Made by a program: the position numbers and the translations under genes. From Eledone cirrhosa (taxonomy: Eukaryota): a stretch of DNA of 64,000 nt. The stretch lies in contig OZ024742.1 in NCBI GenBank assembly GCA_964016885.1, positions 192,200,001-192,264,000 of the forward strand. Reading direction: 5' to 3'. Positions 13,068 to 25,352 of the stretch are shown here, one piece after another. The notes beneath the pieces are model-generated. The model was not told where the DNA came from. It searched no databases and worked only from the letters and a program-made list of their open reading frames with translations. Every line of letters begins with the position of its first letter. Within the stretch, counting starts at the first letter, position 1.

Positions 13068-13119
<52 letters not shown>

Positions 13120-13282
13120 TCCCCTCTCCCCCCTATTGGGGAATTTTTCATTGTTATTTTTTTGTTACATCCTCTGTTTTTTGTTTTTTTACACGCAGAA
13201 ATGCCCATTTGTACCGTCCTGTATTGTCTTGTACTGTCCTTAATGTCTACTTTATGTAAACCCTTGTGGTTAATAAAGAAAG

Positions 13283-13351
<69 letters not shown>

Positions 13352-13799
13352 CCCTTTCGATACCAACAAATCTGAAATGGCCTATGGTTCTATAATACAA
13401 AACTATTGGTTTTAAGTGTTTATATTTCACTAAAAACATCCCATCGTAATTTTCTGTTAGAAGCTATTAAATTTTGTTCCAAACACCAGCTTAATAATCA
13501 GAAAGCTAGTTATATGACTAAATCTATTTAAATTCTTGATTATTTTCGAAATTATTTGAAATACCAGAAACGGTGTCATTCATTAGAAAGGGTTTAATAA
13601 ATTCACTGTACATTTTTATTTAGAAATATATGTCAACGGGCTGTGCAGAATGGTTGTGAGGTGTTCTATTCCATTTATTTACTACTTAGTGGTACATATC
13701 ACATTCTATCCCGATTGTTCGAAGATATTTTTTCAGGCTTAAAGCGTCGACTTGTATGTCCCAATTTTGCAATATATTTTTATATTAACACTATTTAGT

Positions 13800-14168
13800 C
13801 TGGAATATAAATGGAATGGATCACCGAAGGCTTCGATATTACATCACGGCTGTTTGATTTACGGAACAGACTGCTAATTAGATTAACGCGTAAGTGACTG
13901 AGCAGTCTGCGGACAAGTGTACACTGAAAGTAATTCCCAGAGAAATACGGGTGACACTGTGTATGATAAGACTGCCATTTTGAATTACAGGTACAGCCTA
14001 TCCGATTGGCTTCCAACAGTTTCCATCAACCAAATTTCACATCTAAAGCAAAGGTCGTCCTAGGGCTACGGAAAATGACACTTGATCATAGATGCTATGA
14101 AGTGGAATAGAACCTGGGACCTAATGATTGTGAAGCGAACTTCTTAAACATTCAGCCACGCTGCGACC
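13800..14168. mobile_element. Old interspersed repeats (recurrent gtgactgagc..acaagtgtac..ttgaattacaggtac family plus a diverged SINE B head on the minus strand)
   Basis: Similar diverged words at about 8900-9130, 42540-42770, 44580-44880 and 49400-49835. Confidence 0.55.
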
Positions 14169-14180
14169 ACACAATAGATA

Positions 14181-14482
14181 TAATTGTTTCTACTTTTGGC
14201 ACAAGGCCAGCAATTCACCAGTACATTACTGGTACTTTATTTTATCGACCCCGTAAGGATGGAAGGCAAAGTTAACCTCGGCGGGATTTGAACTCAGACC
14301 GTAAAGCGCCGTAACTATTTGCTGAAAAGCATGGCGTCCGACCCTCTATCGACACTGCCAATCCACCGACTAGATTATACAATAGATATAATTATTTCTA
14401 CTTTAGGCACAAGGCCAGCAATTACCCAGAGCATTACTGGTACTTTATTTTATCGACCCCGTAAGGATGAAAGGCAAAGTCA
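14181..14482 (-). mobile_element. Two tandem SINE family A copies (near full-length 14181-14368; truncated 14390-14482)
   Basis: Core and B box present; A-box-like tggcagtgtcg; acaatagatataatt repeated at about 14170 and 14379. Confidence 0.9.
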
Positions 14483-14759
14483 AAATGCCACGATAACAGT
14501 GAGGATAGAGGGTGTCCGGGGATTAAGAACACTATTTCAACGCATCTCATTCGCCATCCCCTGTATAACGCATTCTCCATTCTGTCCATTGGAACAACTA
14601 AGAGGTTTATGTGCAAGGTTCTACACGGCAGAGATCGCTCCTCCATATCGCCCGGTCTCCTAACATTGAGGTAGCGATATTTAAGTATTCTTTTCCACAT
14701 CAATAATAATGACAATGCTAACAACAGAAACAACAATTGTTAAACTTACTACTCTTACC

Positions 14760-15165
14760 TACTCTCGTGTCTCAAATAATCGTCCACACTCTGCTTATTA
14801 AATTTTGCTAATCTATCTCCAGGAACATGTTATTTTAAGTGGTAGCATTCCTGCAACGATTCATTTTCTTTAAACATTAAACATGACAAATAAAAGGTTC
14901 ATTACTAGAAATCTGATACGTTATAAAATATATAGGATGTGTTGGGGTCCCAATATGTAAACTAAACGACTAATTCTGTTTTCTTTTTAAAATCAACGGA
15001 GACAACCTAGAAAAATTACCGATTTTCCACCACCCCCAACTCCACTTATTTCACACACACACCTGCTTATTCCAACAGCCCCTTATTCCAACACACTGCT
15101 TATTCCATCACCATACAACCCAATCCACGTATTCCAACCCCCTTATTATGTGGGACCCGGGTGTA
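14760..15165. mobile_element. Old MITE-like element with TA ends
   Basis: tactctcgtgtctcaaataat versus reverse complement of the right end tacacccgggtcccacataat; repeated subterminal word ttattcca at 15045-15140. Confidence 0.6.
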
Positions 15166-15837
15166 CATATGTTATATAGAGTTAAGAAAACTTCGTAAAC
15201 ATACTATTTACCAAAGTCATATTTGTAAAATCTCGTTTCATTTTCCAAAAGTTTTTCCACTTCATTTTAATTATAAATTTTCTTTAATGTGTTTTTGAAT
15301 CATGTATGAACGCCACTTTGTCTATCCTTGCTTATCCCCCCTTAACATCCCTTATATATAACTGCGTGTCTTTATATAATCAAACACAAATGTCAATTAT
15401 ACACTGCAGCACTTGACGTGTACTAGAAAAATAAAATGGTTGACAGCATATATTTTAAAATGCTAGTGTTGTTGACGAACATAAGACGAGGAAGAGGAAG
15501 AGGAAGAGGAGGAGGAGGAAGCAGTAGTGGTGGCGCTGATGTTGGCAGCGGAGGTGTTACTAGTATTGGTGGTGGTGGTGGTGATGGTGGTGGAAGGCGG
15601 CGGCGTCGACGCCAGCGGTGGCGGCAGTGTTACTGAAATGGTGATGGTAGTGGTGGTGGTGGTGCTGGTGCTGGTGATTGTGGTGATGGTGGAGGTGTTT
15701 GTGGTGGTGGTGGTGGTGGTGGTGGTGATGATGATGGTGATTGTGATAGTGGCTCAGGGGGATATGATAATGTCGGTGACAAAAATAAATAGCGAGTGAG
15801 ACAGATGTAATGATAAAGACAGAAAATATCGTCATAG

Positions 15838-15886
<49 letters not shown>

Positions 15887-16307
15887 AATCATTATCATCG
15901 TCATCATCATCATCGACATCATCGTCGTCACCATTTTTATACTACCGGCAGTAGCAGCAACACAGTGTGTATGTATGTGTGTGTGTGTTCCGCTCCAACA
16001 GTTTTCGCTAATGACGGAAAGCAAGGCATGTAAGACAGGAACAAACAGAAAAGGCGAGGAAGGAGGCAAGAGTGAGAGAAGGGAGACAACCAGATTAAAA
16101 TCAACTAGGCCTTTCTTTTGTAGCAAAACAAAACATTGTTTTGCTGTTTGCATTGCAAATGAAAGGGGAGGGAAGTGGGGAGGGAAAGGGTGATGGAATA
16201 ATAGGAAAACAGTATATATATATATATATAATTTATATATACTTGTGTGTGTGCGTGTGTGAGTATATACATATATATTTATATATGGGTGTGTGTGTAT
16301 ATCTATG

Positions 16308-16342
<35 letters not shown>

Positions 16343-16779
16343 ATACGTGTGTGTGGCATTTATTTCCTTGTTTGTTTGTGACTATTTGAACATGCGCATG
16401 CGTGTATATGTACTAATTACCAGCTAAATATGGCGCCATTCGGGGGTTTTAAGGTTCAGTGAAACAAAAGGAACTTTTATTTTTGTAATTTTTTGTGTGA
16501 TTGGTGGTGATGGTGGTGGTGGTAGTAGTGGTAGTGGTGGTGGTGAGCATTCAGAGGCAGTGACAAAACCCCTATTAATATTTTAGTGGTTGTAGTAGTA
16601 GTGGTGGTGGTGTAGCTGGTGATGGTTGTTGTGTTCCGAGTGGCGGCGGTAGTGGCACTGGTAATGGTGGTACGTTTCATGTGGATGATGGTGGTGGTGG
16701 TTTTCAGTGGTGGTGGTGTTCAGTGGTGGTAGTACAGGTACAGTTGGAAGCAATATTGTTGTTTTTAGTGTGGCAGTGT

Positions 16780-18190
16780 TGGTGGTATTAGTGGTGGTGG
16801 TAGGGTGGTCTCAATTGTTGCTAGTGTGGTGGTGGTGGTAGTAGTGGTCACAGTTGTTGTTGTTAGTGTGGTTGTGTTGGTGGTAGTGGTGGTTTCAATT
16901 GTTGCTAGTGTTGTGGTGGTGGTAGTGGTGGTCACAGTTGTTGTTGTTAGTGTGGTTGTGTTGGTGGTAGTGGTGGTCTCAATTGTTGCTAGTGTGGTGG
17001 TGGTGGTAGTGGTGGTCACAGTTGTTGTTGTTAGTGTGGTTGTGTTGGTGGTAGTTGTGGTCTCAATTGTTGCTAGTGTGGTGGTGGTGGTGGTGGTAGG
17101 GTGGTCTCAATTGTTGCTAGTGTGGTGGTGGTGGTGGTAGTGGTCACAGTTGTTGTTGTTAGTGTGGTGGTGTTGGTGGTAGTGGTGGTCTCAATTGTTG
17201 TTAGTGTGGTGGTGGTGGTAGTGGTGGTCACAGTTGTTGTTGTTAGTGTGGTTGTGTTGGTGGTAGTGGTGGTCTCAATTGTTGCTAGTGTGGTGGTGGT
17301 GGTAGTAGTGGTCACAGTTGTTGTTGTTAGTGTGGTTGTGTTGGTGGTAGTGGTGGTTTCAATTGTTGCTAGTGTTGTGGTGGTGGTAGTGGTGGTCACA
17401 GTTGTTGTTGTTAGTGTGGTTGTGTTGGTGGTAGTGGTGGTCTCAATTGTTGCTAGTGTGGTGGTGGTGGTAGTGGTGGTCACAGTTGTTGTTGTTAGTG
17501 TGGTTGTGTTGGTGGTAGTTGTGGTCTCAATTGTTGCTAGTGTGGTGGTGGTGGTGGTGGTAGGGTGGTCTCAATTGTTGCTAGTGTGGTGGTGGTGGTG
17601 GTAGTGGTCACAGTTGTTGTTGTTAGTGTGGTGGTGTTGGTGGTAGTGGTGGTCTCAATTGTTGTTAGTGTGGTGGTGGTGGTAGTGGTGGTCACAGTTG
17701 TTGTTGTTAGTGTGGTTGTGTTGGTGGTAGTGGTGGTCTCAATTGTTGCTAGTGTTGTGGTGGTGGTAGTGGTGGTCACAGTTGTTGTTGTTAGTGTGGT
17801 TGTGTTGGTGGTAGTGGTGGTCTCAATTGTTGCTAGTGTGGTGGTGGTGGTAGTGGTGGTCACAGTTGTTGTTGTTAGTGTGGTTGTGTTGGTGGTAGTG
17901 GTGGTCTCAATTGTTGCTAGTGTGGTGGTGGTGGTAGTGGTGGTCACAGTTGTTGTTGTTAGTGTGGTTGTGTTGGTGGTAGTGGTGGTCTCAATTGTTG
18001 CTAGTGTGGTGGTGGTGGTAGTGGTGGTCACAGTTGTTGTTGTTAGTGTGGTTGTGTTGGTGGTAGTGGTGGTCTCAATTGTTGCTAGTGTGGTGGTGGT
18101 GGTAGTGGTGGTCACAGTTGTTGTTGTTAGTGTGGTGGTGTTGATGGTAGTGGTGGTCTCAATTGTTGCTAGTGTGGTGTTGATGTTGTT
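16780..18190. repeat. 84-bp (GTG)-derived minisatellite
   Basis: 28-codon periodicity in the ORF track; tcaattgttgctagtg and gtcacagttg alternate; interrupted by a repeated junction ggtagggtggtctc at about 16800, 17096 and 17560. Confidence 0.95.
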
Positions 18191-19320
18191 AGTGTGGTGG
18201 TGTTGGTAGTATTAGTGGTGGTATTAGTGGTGGTCACAGTTGTTGTTAGTGTGGTGGTGTTGGTAGTATTAGTGGTGGTATTAGTGGTGGTCACAGTTGT
18301 TGTTAGTGTGGTGGTGTTGGTAGTATTAGTGGTGGTATTAGTGGTGGTCACAGTTGTTGTTAGTGTGGTGGTGTTGGTAGTATTAGTGGTGGTATTAGTG
18401 GTGGTCACAGTTGTTGTTAGTGTGGTGGTGTTGGTAGTATTAGTGGTGGTATTAGTGGTGGTCACAGTTGTTGTTAGTGTGGTGGTGTTGGTAGTATTAG
18501 TGGTGGTATTAGTGGTGGTCACAGTTGTTGTTAGTGTGGTGGTGTTGGTAGTATTAGTGGTGGTATTAGTGGTGGTCACAGTTGTTGTTAGTGTGGTGGT
18601 GTTGGTAGTATTAGTGGTGGTATTAGTGGTGGTCACAGTTGTTGTTAGTGTGGTGGTGTTGGTAGTATTAGTGGTAGTATTAGTGGTGGTCACAGTTGTT
18701 GTTAGTGTGGTTGTGTTGGTAGTATTAGTGGTGGTATTAGTGGTGGTCACAGTTGTTGTTAGTGTGGTGGTGTTGGTAGTATTAGTGGTAGTATTAGTGG
18801 TGGTCACAGTTGTTGTTAGTGTGGTGGTGTTGGTAGTATTAGTGGTGGTATTAGTGGTGGTCACAGTTGTTGTTAGTGTGGTGGTGTTGGTAGTATTAGT
18901 GGTAGTATTAGTGGTGGTCACAGTTGTTGTTAGTGTGGTTGTGTTGGTAGTATTAGTGGTAGTATTAGTGGTGGTCACAGTTGTTGTTAGTGTGGTGGTG
19001 TTGGTAGTATTAGTGGTGGTATTAGTGGTGGTCACAGTTGTTGTTAGTGTGGTGGTGTTGGTAGTATTAGTGGTAGTATTAGTGGTGGTCACAGTTGTTG
19101 TTAGTGTGGTTGTGTTGGTAGTATTAGTGGTAGTATTAGTGGTGGTCACAGTTGTTGTTAGTGTGGTTGTGTTGGTAGTATTAGTGGTGGTATTAGTGGT
19201 GGTCACATTTGTAGTTAGTGTGGTTGTATTATTAGTACTGGTGGTATTAGGGGTGGTCACAGTTGTTGTTAGTGTGGTTCTATTAGTAGTATTAGTGGTG
19301 GTCACAGTTGTTGTTAGTTG
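18190..19320. repeat. 57-bp minisatellite related to the 84-bp unit
   Basis: 19-codon periodicity; shares gtggtcacagttgttgttagtgtgg with the upstream array. Confidence 0.95.
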
Positions 19321-19809
19321 CAAATTATCTATATATCATATCTATGTTTTCAGTTGCAAATATACAGCCAACTTCGTTACCAGCTAAATTGGGAACTCTC
19401 TGGGGGCTTTTAAAAGTTGTGCCAGAAAAAAAAAACACGCTTGTTGTTGTTGTTTTTGTAGCTGCTGCTGACGGTGAGGCTGATGTTGGTGGCATTTATA
19501 GCGATAGTAGCGGTGACGTTGGTAGTGTTGGTGGCACTGGTAGTGGTTGTACTGGTGGTATTGATGTCGGGGCTGGTCGTATCGTGGTTGGTGATACTGG
19601 TATTGATATTTATGCTGTTGGTGCTGGTGCTGGTGGAAGTTCTGGTGGTAATATTGGTGGTGATGGCAGTATTGGAGTTGATATTCGTGTGTATAGCACC
19701 GGTGTTTGGGGTTGGTGTTGATGGTAGACTGAATGGTGTTAGTGGAGACGGTAAGGGTGATTGTGGTGGGGGTGGTCGTGGGTATGATGATATCGATAGT
19801 ATGAGGGTG

Positions 19810-20975
19810 GGGGTAGAGATGGTGATGGTTGTGATAATGGTATTGCTAGTGCTGGTCGTGGCGGTGGTGGTGGTAGAGATGGTGATGGTTGTGATAATGG
19901 TATTGCTAGTGCTGGTCATGGTGGTGGTGGTAGAGATGGTGATGGTTGTGATAATGGTATTGCTAGTGCTGGTCGTGGCGGTGGTGGTGGTAGAGATGGT
20001 GATGGTTGTGATAATGGTATTGCTAGTGCTGGTCATGGTGGTGGTGGTAGAGATGGTGATGGTTGTGATAATGGTATTGCTAGTGCTGGTCGTGGCGGTG
20101 GTGGTGGTAGAGATGGTGATGGTTGTGATAATGGTATTGCTAGTGCTGGTCATGGTGGTGGTGGTAGAGATGGTGATGGTTGTGATAATGGTATTGCTAG
20201 TGCTGGTCGTGGCGGTGGTGGTGGTAGAGATGGTGATGGTTGTGATAATGGTATTGCTAGTGCTGGTCATGGTGGTGGTGGTAGAGATGGTGATGGTTGT
20301 GATAATGGTATTGCTAGTGCTGGTCGTGGCGGTGGTGGTGGTAGAGATGGTGATGGTTGTGATAATGGTATTGCTAGTGCTGGTCATGGTGGTGGTGGTA
20401 GAGATGGTGATGGTTGTGATAATGGTATTGCTAGGGCTGGTCATGGTGGTGGTGGTAGAGATGGTGATGGTTGTGATAATGGTATTGCTAGGGCTGGTCA
20501 TGGTGGTGGTAGGGATGGTGATGGTTGTGATAATGGTATTGCTAGTGCTGGTCGTGGCGGTGGTGGTGGTAGAGATGGTAATGGTTGTGATAATGGTATT
20601 GCTAGTGCTGGTCATGGTGGTGGTGGTAGAGATGATGATGGTTGTGATAATGGTATTGCTAGGGCTGGTCATGGTGGTGGTGGTAGAGATGGTGATGGTT
20701 GTGATAATGGTATTGCTAGGGCTGGTCATGGTGGTGGTAGGGATGGTGATGGTTGTGATAATGGTATTGCTAGTGCTGGTCATGGTAGTGGTAGAGATGG
20801 TGATGGTTGTAATAATGGTATTGCTAGTGCTGGTCGTGGTGGTGGTGGTAGAGATGGTGATGGTTGTGATAATGGTATTGCTAGGGCTGGTCATGGTGGT
20901 GGTAAAGATGGTGATGGTTGTGATAATGGTATTGCTAGTGCTGCTCATGGTGGTGGTAGAGATGGTGATGGTTGT
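19810..20975. repeat. 60/57-bp alternating minisatellite (117-bp dimer)
   Basis: agagatggtgatggttgtgataatggtattgctag recurs at alternating 60 and 57 bp spacing. Confidence 0.95.
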
Positions 20976-21386
20976 GATGTTAGTGATGATGGTAGTGATG
21001 GTGATGGGTGTGATAGTGGTATTGCTGGTGATGGTGATGATGGTGGTAATAATGGTGATGGTGCTGGTGGTAATGGTGATAGTTGCGATGATGGTGATGA
21101 TCATGATGCAGGCATTGTTGGTGCTAGTGATGGTTGTGATGGTGGTAGTGACGGTATAGCTGATGGGAATATATGGCTAACATAGATGCTATTTATCGTC
21201 TAAATATGGCGCCGTTTTGGAGTTGTTTGCATTCAATTAAATTATGGATACACACACCTATATATTTTAATTTTGCACCTATGTATTTATACATTTTCCA
21301 CGAACACAAATACACACGCGCATATATTGATACATATGTATGCATGATTAGATAAATATATATGTGTGTGTGTGTGTGTGTGCGTG

Positions 21387-21423
<37 letters not shown>

Positions 21424-21468
21424 ATACATGTATATATATATATATTATATATATATATATATTATATA

Positions 21469-21550
<82 letters not shown>

Positions 21551-21558
<8 letters not shown>

Positions 21559-22466
21559 GATCGAGTATCGAAAAATCGGCGCACGAGTTCACGATAAACA
21601 AAATTCGAAATGAGCGGCAGAGGGCTCAATAATTCAGATGAATCAGAGCTATAACTATCGTTAAAATACCGTCACATATAGAACAAGTCTACAATCAACC
21701 ATACGATAAAAAATCGATAAAGGAAGATTCGGGACAAACAGATAAAAAATATCAATAAAACAATACATCAATAATTTAAATGAATGTAAAATCATACCCG
21801 GACCCACTAGAAAGGTGTTAAATCTAGCTTCATGGGTTTCTGTAAATCCTTAGACTGTACTCTATCAGCTCACATATAAATATAAAAGCCTACTAGAGTA
21901 AGCGGAACGGAGTTTACTTTCTCAACGAGCTTTTTTCCTAGCGGAAAAGGGGCTAACTACCAGTGAAAAACGCACATGGCATTAGACAAGGGAGATAACC
22001 CCTATATCCGCGAAAACAATTCGAGGGAATGTGGAAATACACATATCGAATAAGAGTGCTCAATAGACATGTTAAAATAAAACAAAAGCTATTTATCACT
22101 CAAAAGAATCGACAAAAAATGAGCAATAAAATTAACTGGTGTATAGCTATGTCCAGAGCTAAAAATATTAGAAAGATCGAGTATCGAAAAATCGGCGCAC
22201 GAGTTCACGATAAACAAAATTCGAAATGAGCGGCAGAGGGCTCAATAATTCAGATGAATCAGAGCTATAACTATCGTTAAAATACCGTCACATATAGAAC
22301 AAGTCTACAATCAACCATACGATAAAAAATCGATAAAGGAAGATTCGGGACAAACAGATAAAAAATATCAATAAAACAATACATCAATAATTTAAATGAA
22401 TGTAAAATGATACCCGGACCCACTAGAAAGGTGTTAAATCTAGCTTCATGGGTTTCTGTAAATCCT

Positions 22467-22468
<2 letters not shown>
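21551..22468 (-). mobile_element. ORF-less element: 616-bp unit present ~1.5 times (~300-bp direct terminal repeats), PLE pseudo-LTR or retrozyme-like
   Basis: 21551-21851 is nearly identical to 22167-22467; (TA)n on both sides; diverged relative at 7410-7635. Confidence 0.75.
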
Positions 22469-22529
<61 letters not shown>

Positions 22530-22732
22530 ATACTTGGGGAGGGTCATATTTGTGTAATATTGCCAGAATTAATAACAGAACACACTCACTGTTTGGTTGG
22601 TTTTCGCTTCTCGCTGTCTTTTATATCTGCGATCTAACTTACTCGGTCCTCAATGTTGCCATTGACTGACCGACGGTCAAAAATAATACAGATACAATAT
22701 AGACACAAACACATATACATAGTTTACATAAT

Positions 22733-22775
22733 TTACATAAATCTTTCGTTGCACATCTGCAACATCGTCAGTGGT
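22733..22775 (-). ncRNA. Hammerhead core in the PLE 3' repeat (weak stem I)
   Basis: CUGACGA u-guugca-gaug-ugcaac GAAA gauu UA; positionally homologous to 54021-54063. Confidence 0.65.
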
Positions 22776-23048
22776 GTTATATTTTTTCCTCCTGTTGTGT
22801 TGTATGTCTACGCCATTTTTTATTCAGTCTGTCTATATATTTATTTATTTATTTGCTTGTTTGTTCATTTTATTTTGTCTTCTTTGCGCACGCACGCGTT
22901 TGCGTGTGTGTATAGTGTTATGTTTGCTGTGTGACTAGTGTGTATAGTGTTGTGTCTGCTGGGTGACTAGTGTGTGTTTATGTGCTTGTTGTTATTGTGC
23001 TTGTGTATGTATTTATTTATCTTATTTTATTTTATTTTATTTTATTAT

Positions 23049-23924
23049 TTATACTTCTCTTAGGTCAGTGTTGTTTGTTTGGGTGTTGTTGTTATTCCAT
23101 TCATTCTTTCTGTTTAGCTTTGGTCTTCTAATTTCTATTTCACTGGCCTCTCTGATTTGCCTATCTGCTGGGTCATTTCTATGTTTAGATATTATTCTAA
23201 TTTCTATGTTGTCTATGTTACCGTCATGTTGTTGTCTAGCATGTTCGTATAGTACTGACCCGTTTTTTCGTCCTTTTAGTTCCCCCCAGTTTTGGTCTAT
23301 CCTTTCACCTATGCTACGAGCTGTCTCACCTATGTATGTTGTTGTCATGTTTCTGCAAGTACCCTCTGTACATCTTATGCTATAGACTACGTTTCTAGTT
23401 TTACAGTTTATCCGGGGGTTCACCTTACATATGATACATTTCCTACTGGTACAGTGGGTTTTATTAAAAGGGTAGGTTTTGCTGATCAGGGATTTTATGG
23501 TGGTTCCTGGCTTTTCTACCACCTTTATTTTTAAGTGGGTCTTTCTCAGGGCCTTTCTACACTGGTTAGCTAATTTCCCTCCAGGGGTGGCGTCCACAAA
23601 CATGACACTCTGATATCTCTGGTTATCGTACCATGATGTAGCCTTCCCTATCTTATGTCTAGCCCTATCTAAGCTATTCCATGATTTGCTCCTGTATAAT
23701 GGGCAAATTCCTTTCATGTCCAGTTCTATGAGGGTCTTATACTTCTCCATGGCTCCTTCGTATACTCTGACTCTGTCTCTTTGGTTGTAGTCAGAGAACT
23801 GCATGCGGTTGATGAAGTGTTGGATGTGTCTTTCCATTTCTGTTGGGTCGCACATGCTGGACACATTCTTCATCACTCGTACCAAATCTGCGATCAGAAT
23901 ATTAAACTTAGCACTACTGGACAT
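23049..23924 (-). pseudogene. PLE RT thumb, linker and GIY-YIG endonuclease
   Basis: C-x4-C-x2-C linker; NVVYSIRC...C....YIGETARSIGERI; conserved E in RQIREA and terminal LNRKNEW. Confidence 0.9.
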
Positions 23925-24463
23925 TGCTGAGTTTTTTAGTATCAGTTATTTGAGGCCATGGGTTTAACATAGTGTGAGTGGAGAATTTGGGCTCTCTTGT
24001 CTATAGTGTTAATCCAGGGTTCTGTGTCTAATACAGGTAGTCTATTGTTAGGGTGTTTGGAAGGGAAGTCGATAGATTTATATATATATATATATATAAA
24101 TCTCTCTCTATATATATATATAAATCAGGCGAGCAGTCACTGTATATTTTAGAAAATAGCATATATTTTCACTAGCTCTGACAGTTGGCAGGTAAACAGT
24201 GAGCTGTACTGATGAAGAGTGATACCCAGAAACTTTAGTGTCTGCAGTTCTGTTTACATGCCAACACAAGAGCAAGAATGAAGTGTTCATTCTACTGACA
24301 TGGCTATAACAATGAGGCTTGTTTACATAGTTGCAAACGAATCGAATGTTATCATTAATATTCGAAAAACTCAGATTACATTTATTATATATATATAAAT
24401 CTGAAGACATTTTTTCCAATTCCAACCCGCCCGTCCCTTGAATCTATTTTATTTCTCATTCTT

Positions 24464-24499
24464 TCTTCTGATGAAGGACTAGCGTCCGAAACGTTAAGA
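24464..24499 (+). ncRNA. Minimal type I hammerhead ribozyme motif
   Basis: ucuu CUGAUGA a-ggac-uagc-gucc GAAA cg UU aaga; stem III reduced to the palindrome ACGU. Confidence 0.85.
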
Positions 24500-24583
24500 C
24501 CCTCTTCCTGCTATATCAAGCGTTAACTTAATATATACCTTCCATATACTGTACCGATTGTGTTGTTACTTCTGTTTACATTT

Positions 24584-24651
<68 letters not shown>

Positions 24652-24962
24652 GAGAGAGAGAGAGAGAGAAATCAAACAGAAAATGGTTCGTCACTGATGT
24701 TCTGAAAATCTCAATAAATGATAGCTAAAAATACATCTGCGAGAATTATGTAGAAATATAGAGTAACCTTTACAAAGTTAGCTATGGTAGATTCCTAGCA
24801 GAGCAGTCTATAATAAATAGGTTCTACCGTTAATCTATAAATCGTATTTTTTGCTATCATTTATTAAGATTTTCAATACATTATTGTCAAATAACTTTCT
24901 CTTAGATATTTGCTACTCCTTTAATGTTGGATTGATTAACGTTACACACACACACACACACG

Positions 24963-25108
<146 letters not shown>

Positions 25109-25260
25109 CTATGTCTAGCAGTATTTATACTTGTCTCTATCCCGTGTATTCACCTGCTTACTTGAACTACGCACGCCTGAAAATCCACACCACGTGAGCG
25201 CGGCAATGGCAGGTTCTTCCAACCACTAACAGGTGAATATTTATTTATACTTTCAAAGAA

Positions 25261-25352
25261 GTCATCTGATGAGCCTGTAGGTCTTGAATATTAGCTATTG
25301 CATATTATGGAATCACCAATATTTTGTTACCAGACAAAACTGCAGTAAAGGC
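25261..25352 (+). ncRNA. Degenerate hammerhead motif
   Basis: CUGAUGA gccug[long]cagac AAAA cugcag UA; GAAA changed to AAAA, stem I imperfect. Confidence 0.5.

Larger units (their letters stand above)
22525..24075 (-). mobile_element. 5'-truncated Penelope-like element (RT C-terminus, Cys linker, GIY-YIG endonuclease, 3' repeat)
   Basis: IDFPSKHPNNRLPVLD..HYVKPMAS, frameshift near 23945, then ORF 23049-23924; hammerhead core in the 3' part; (TA)n flanks. Confidence 0.9.

Noticed and set aside
23942-23944. TGA just upstream of the PLE ORF as a possible selenocysteine codon
   Set aside because: It arises only after a 1-bp frameshift and is followed two codons later by TAA; the homologous frame reads LILKNSAM
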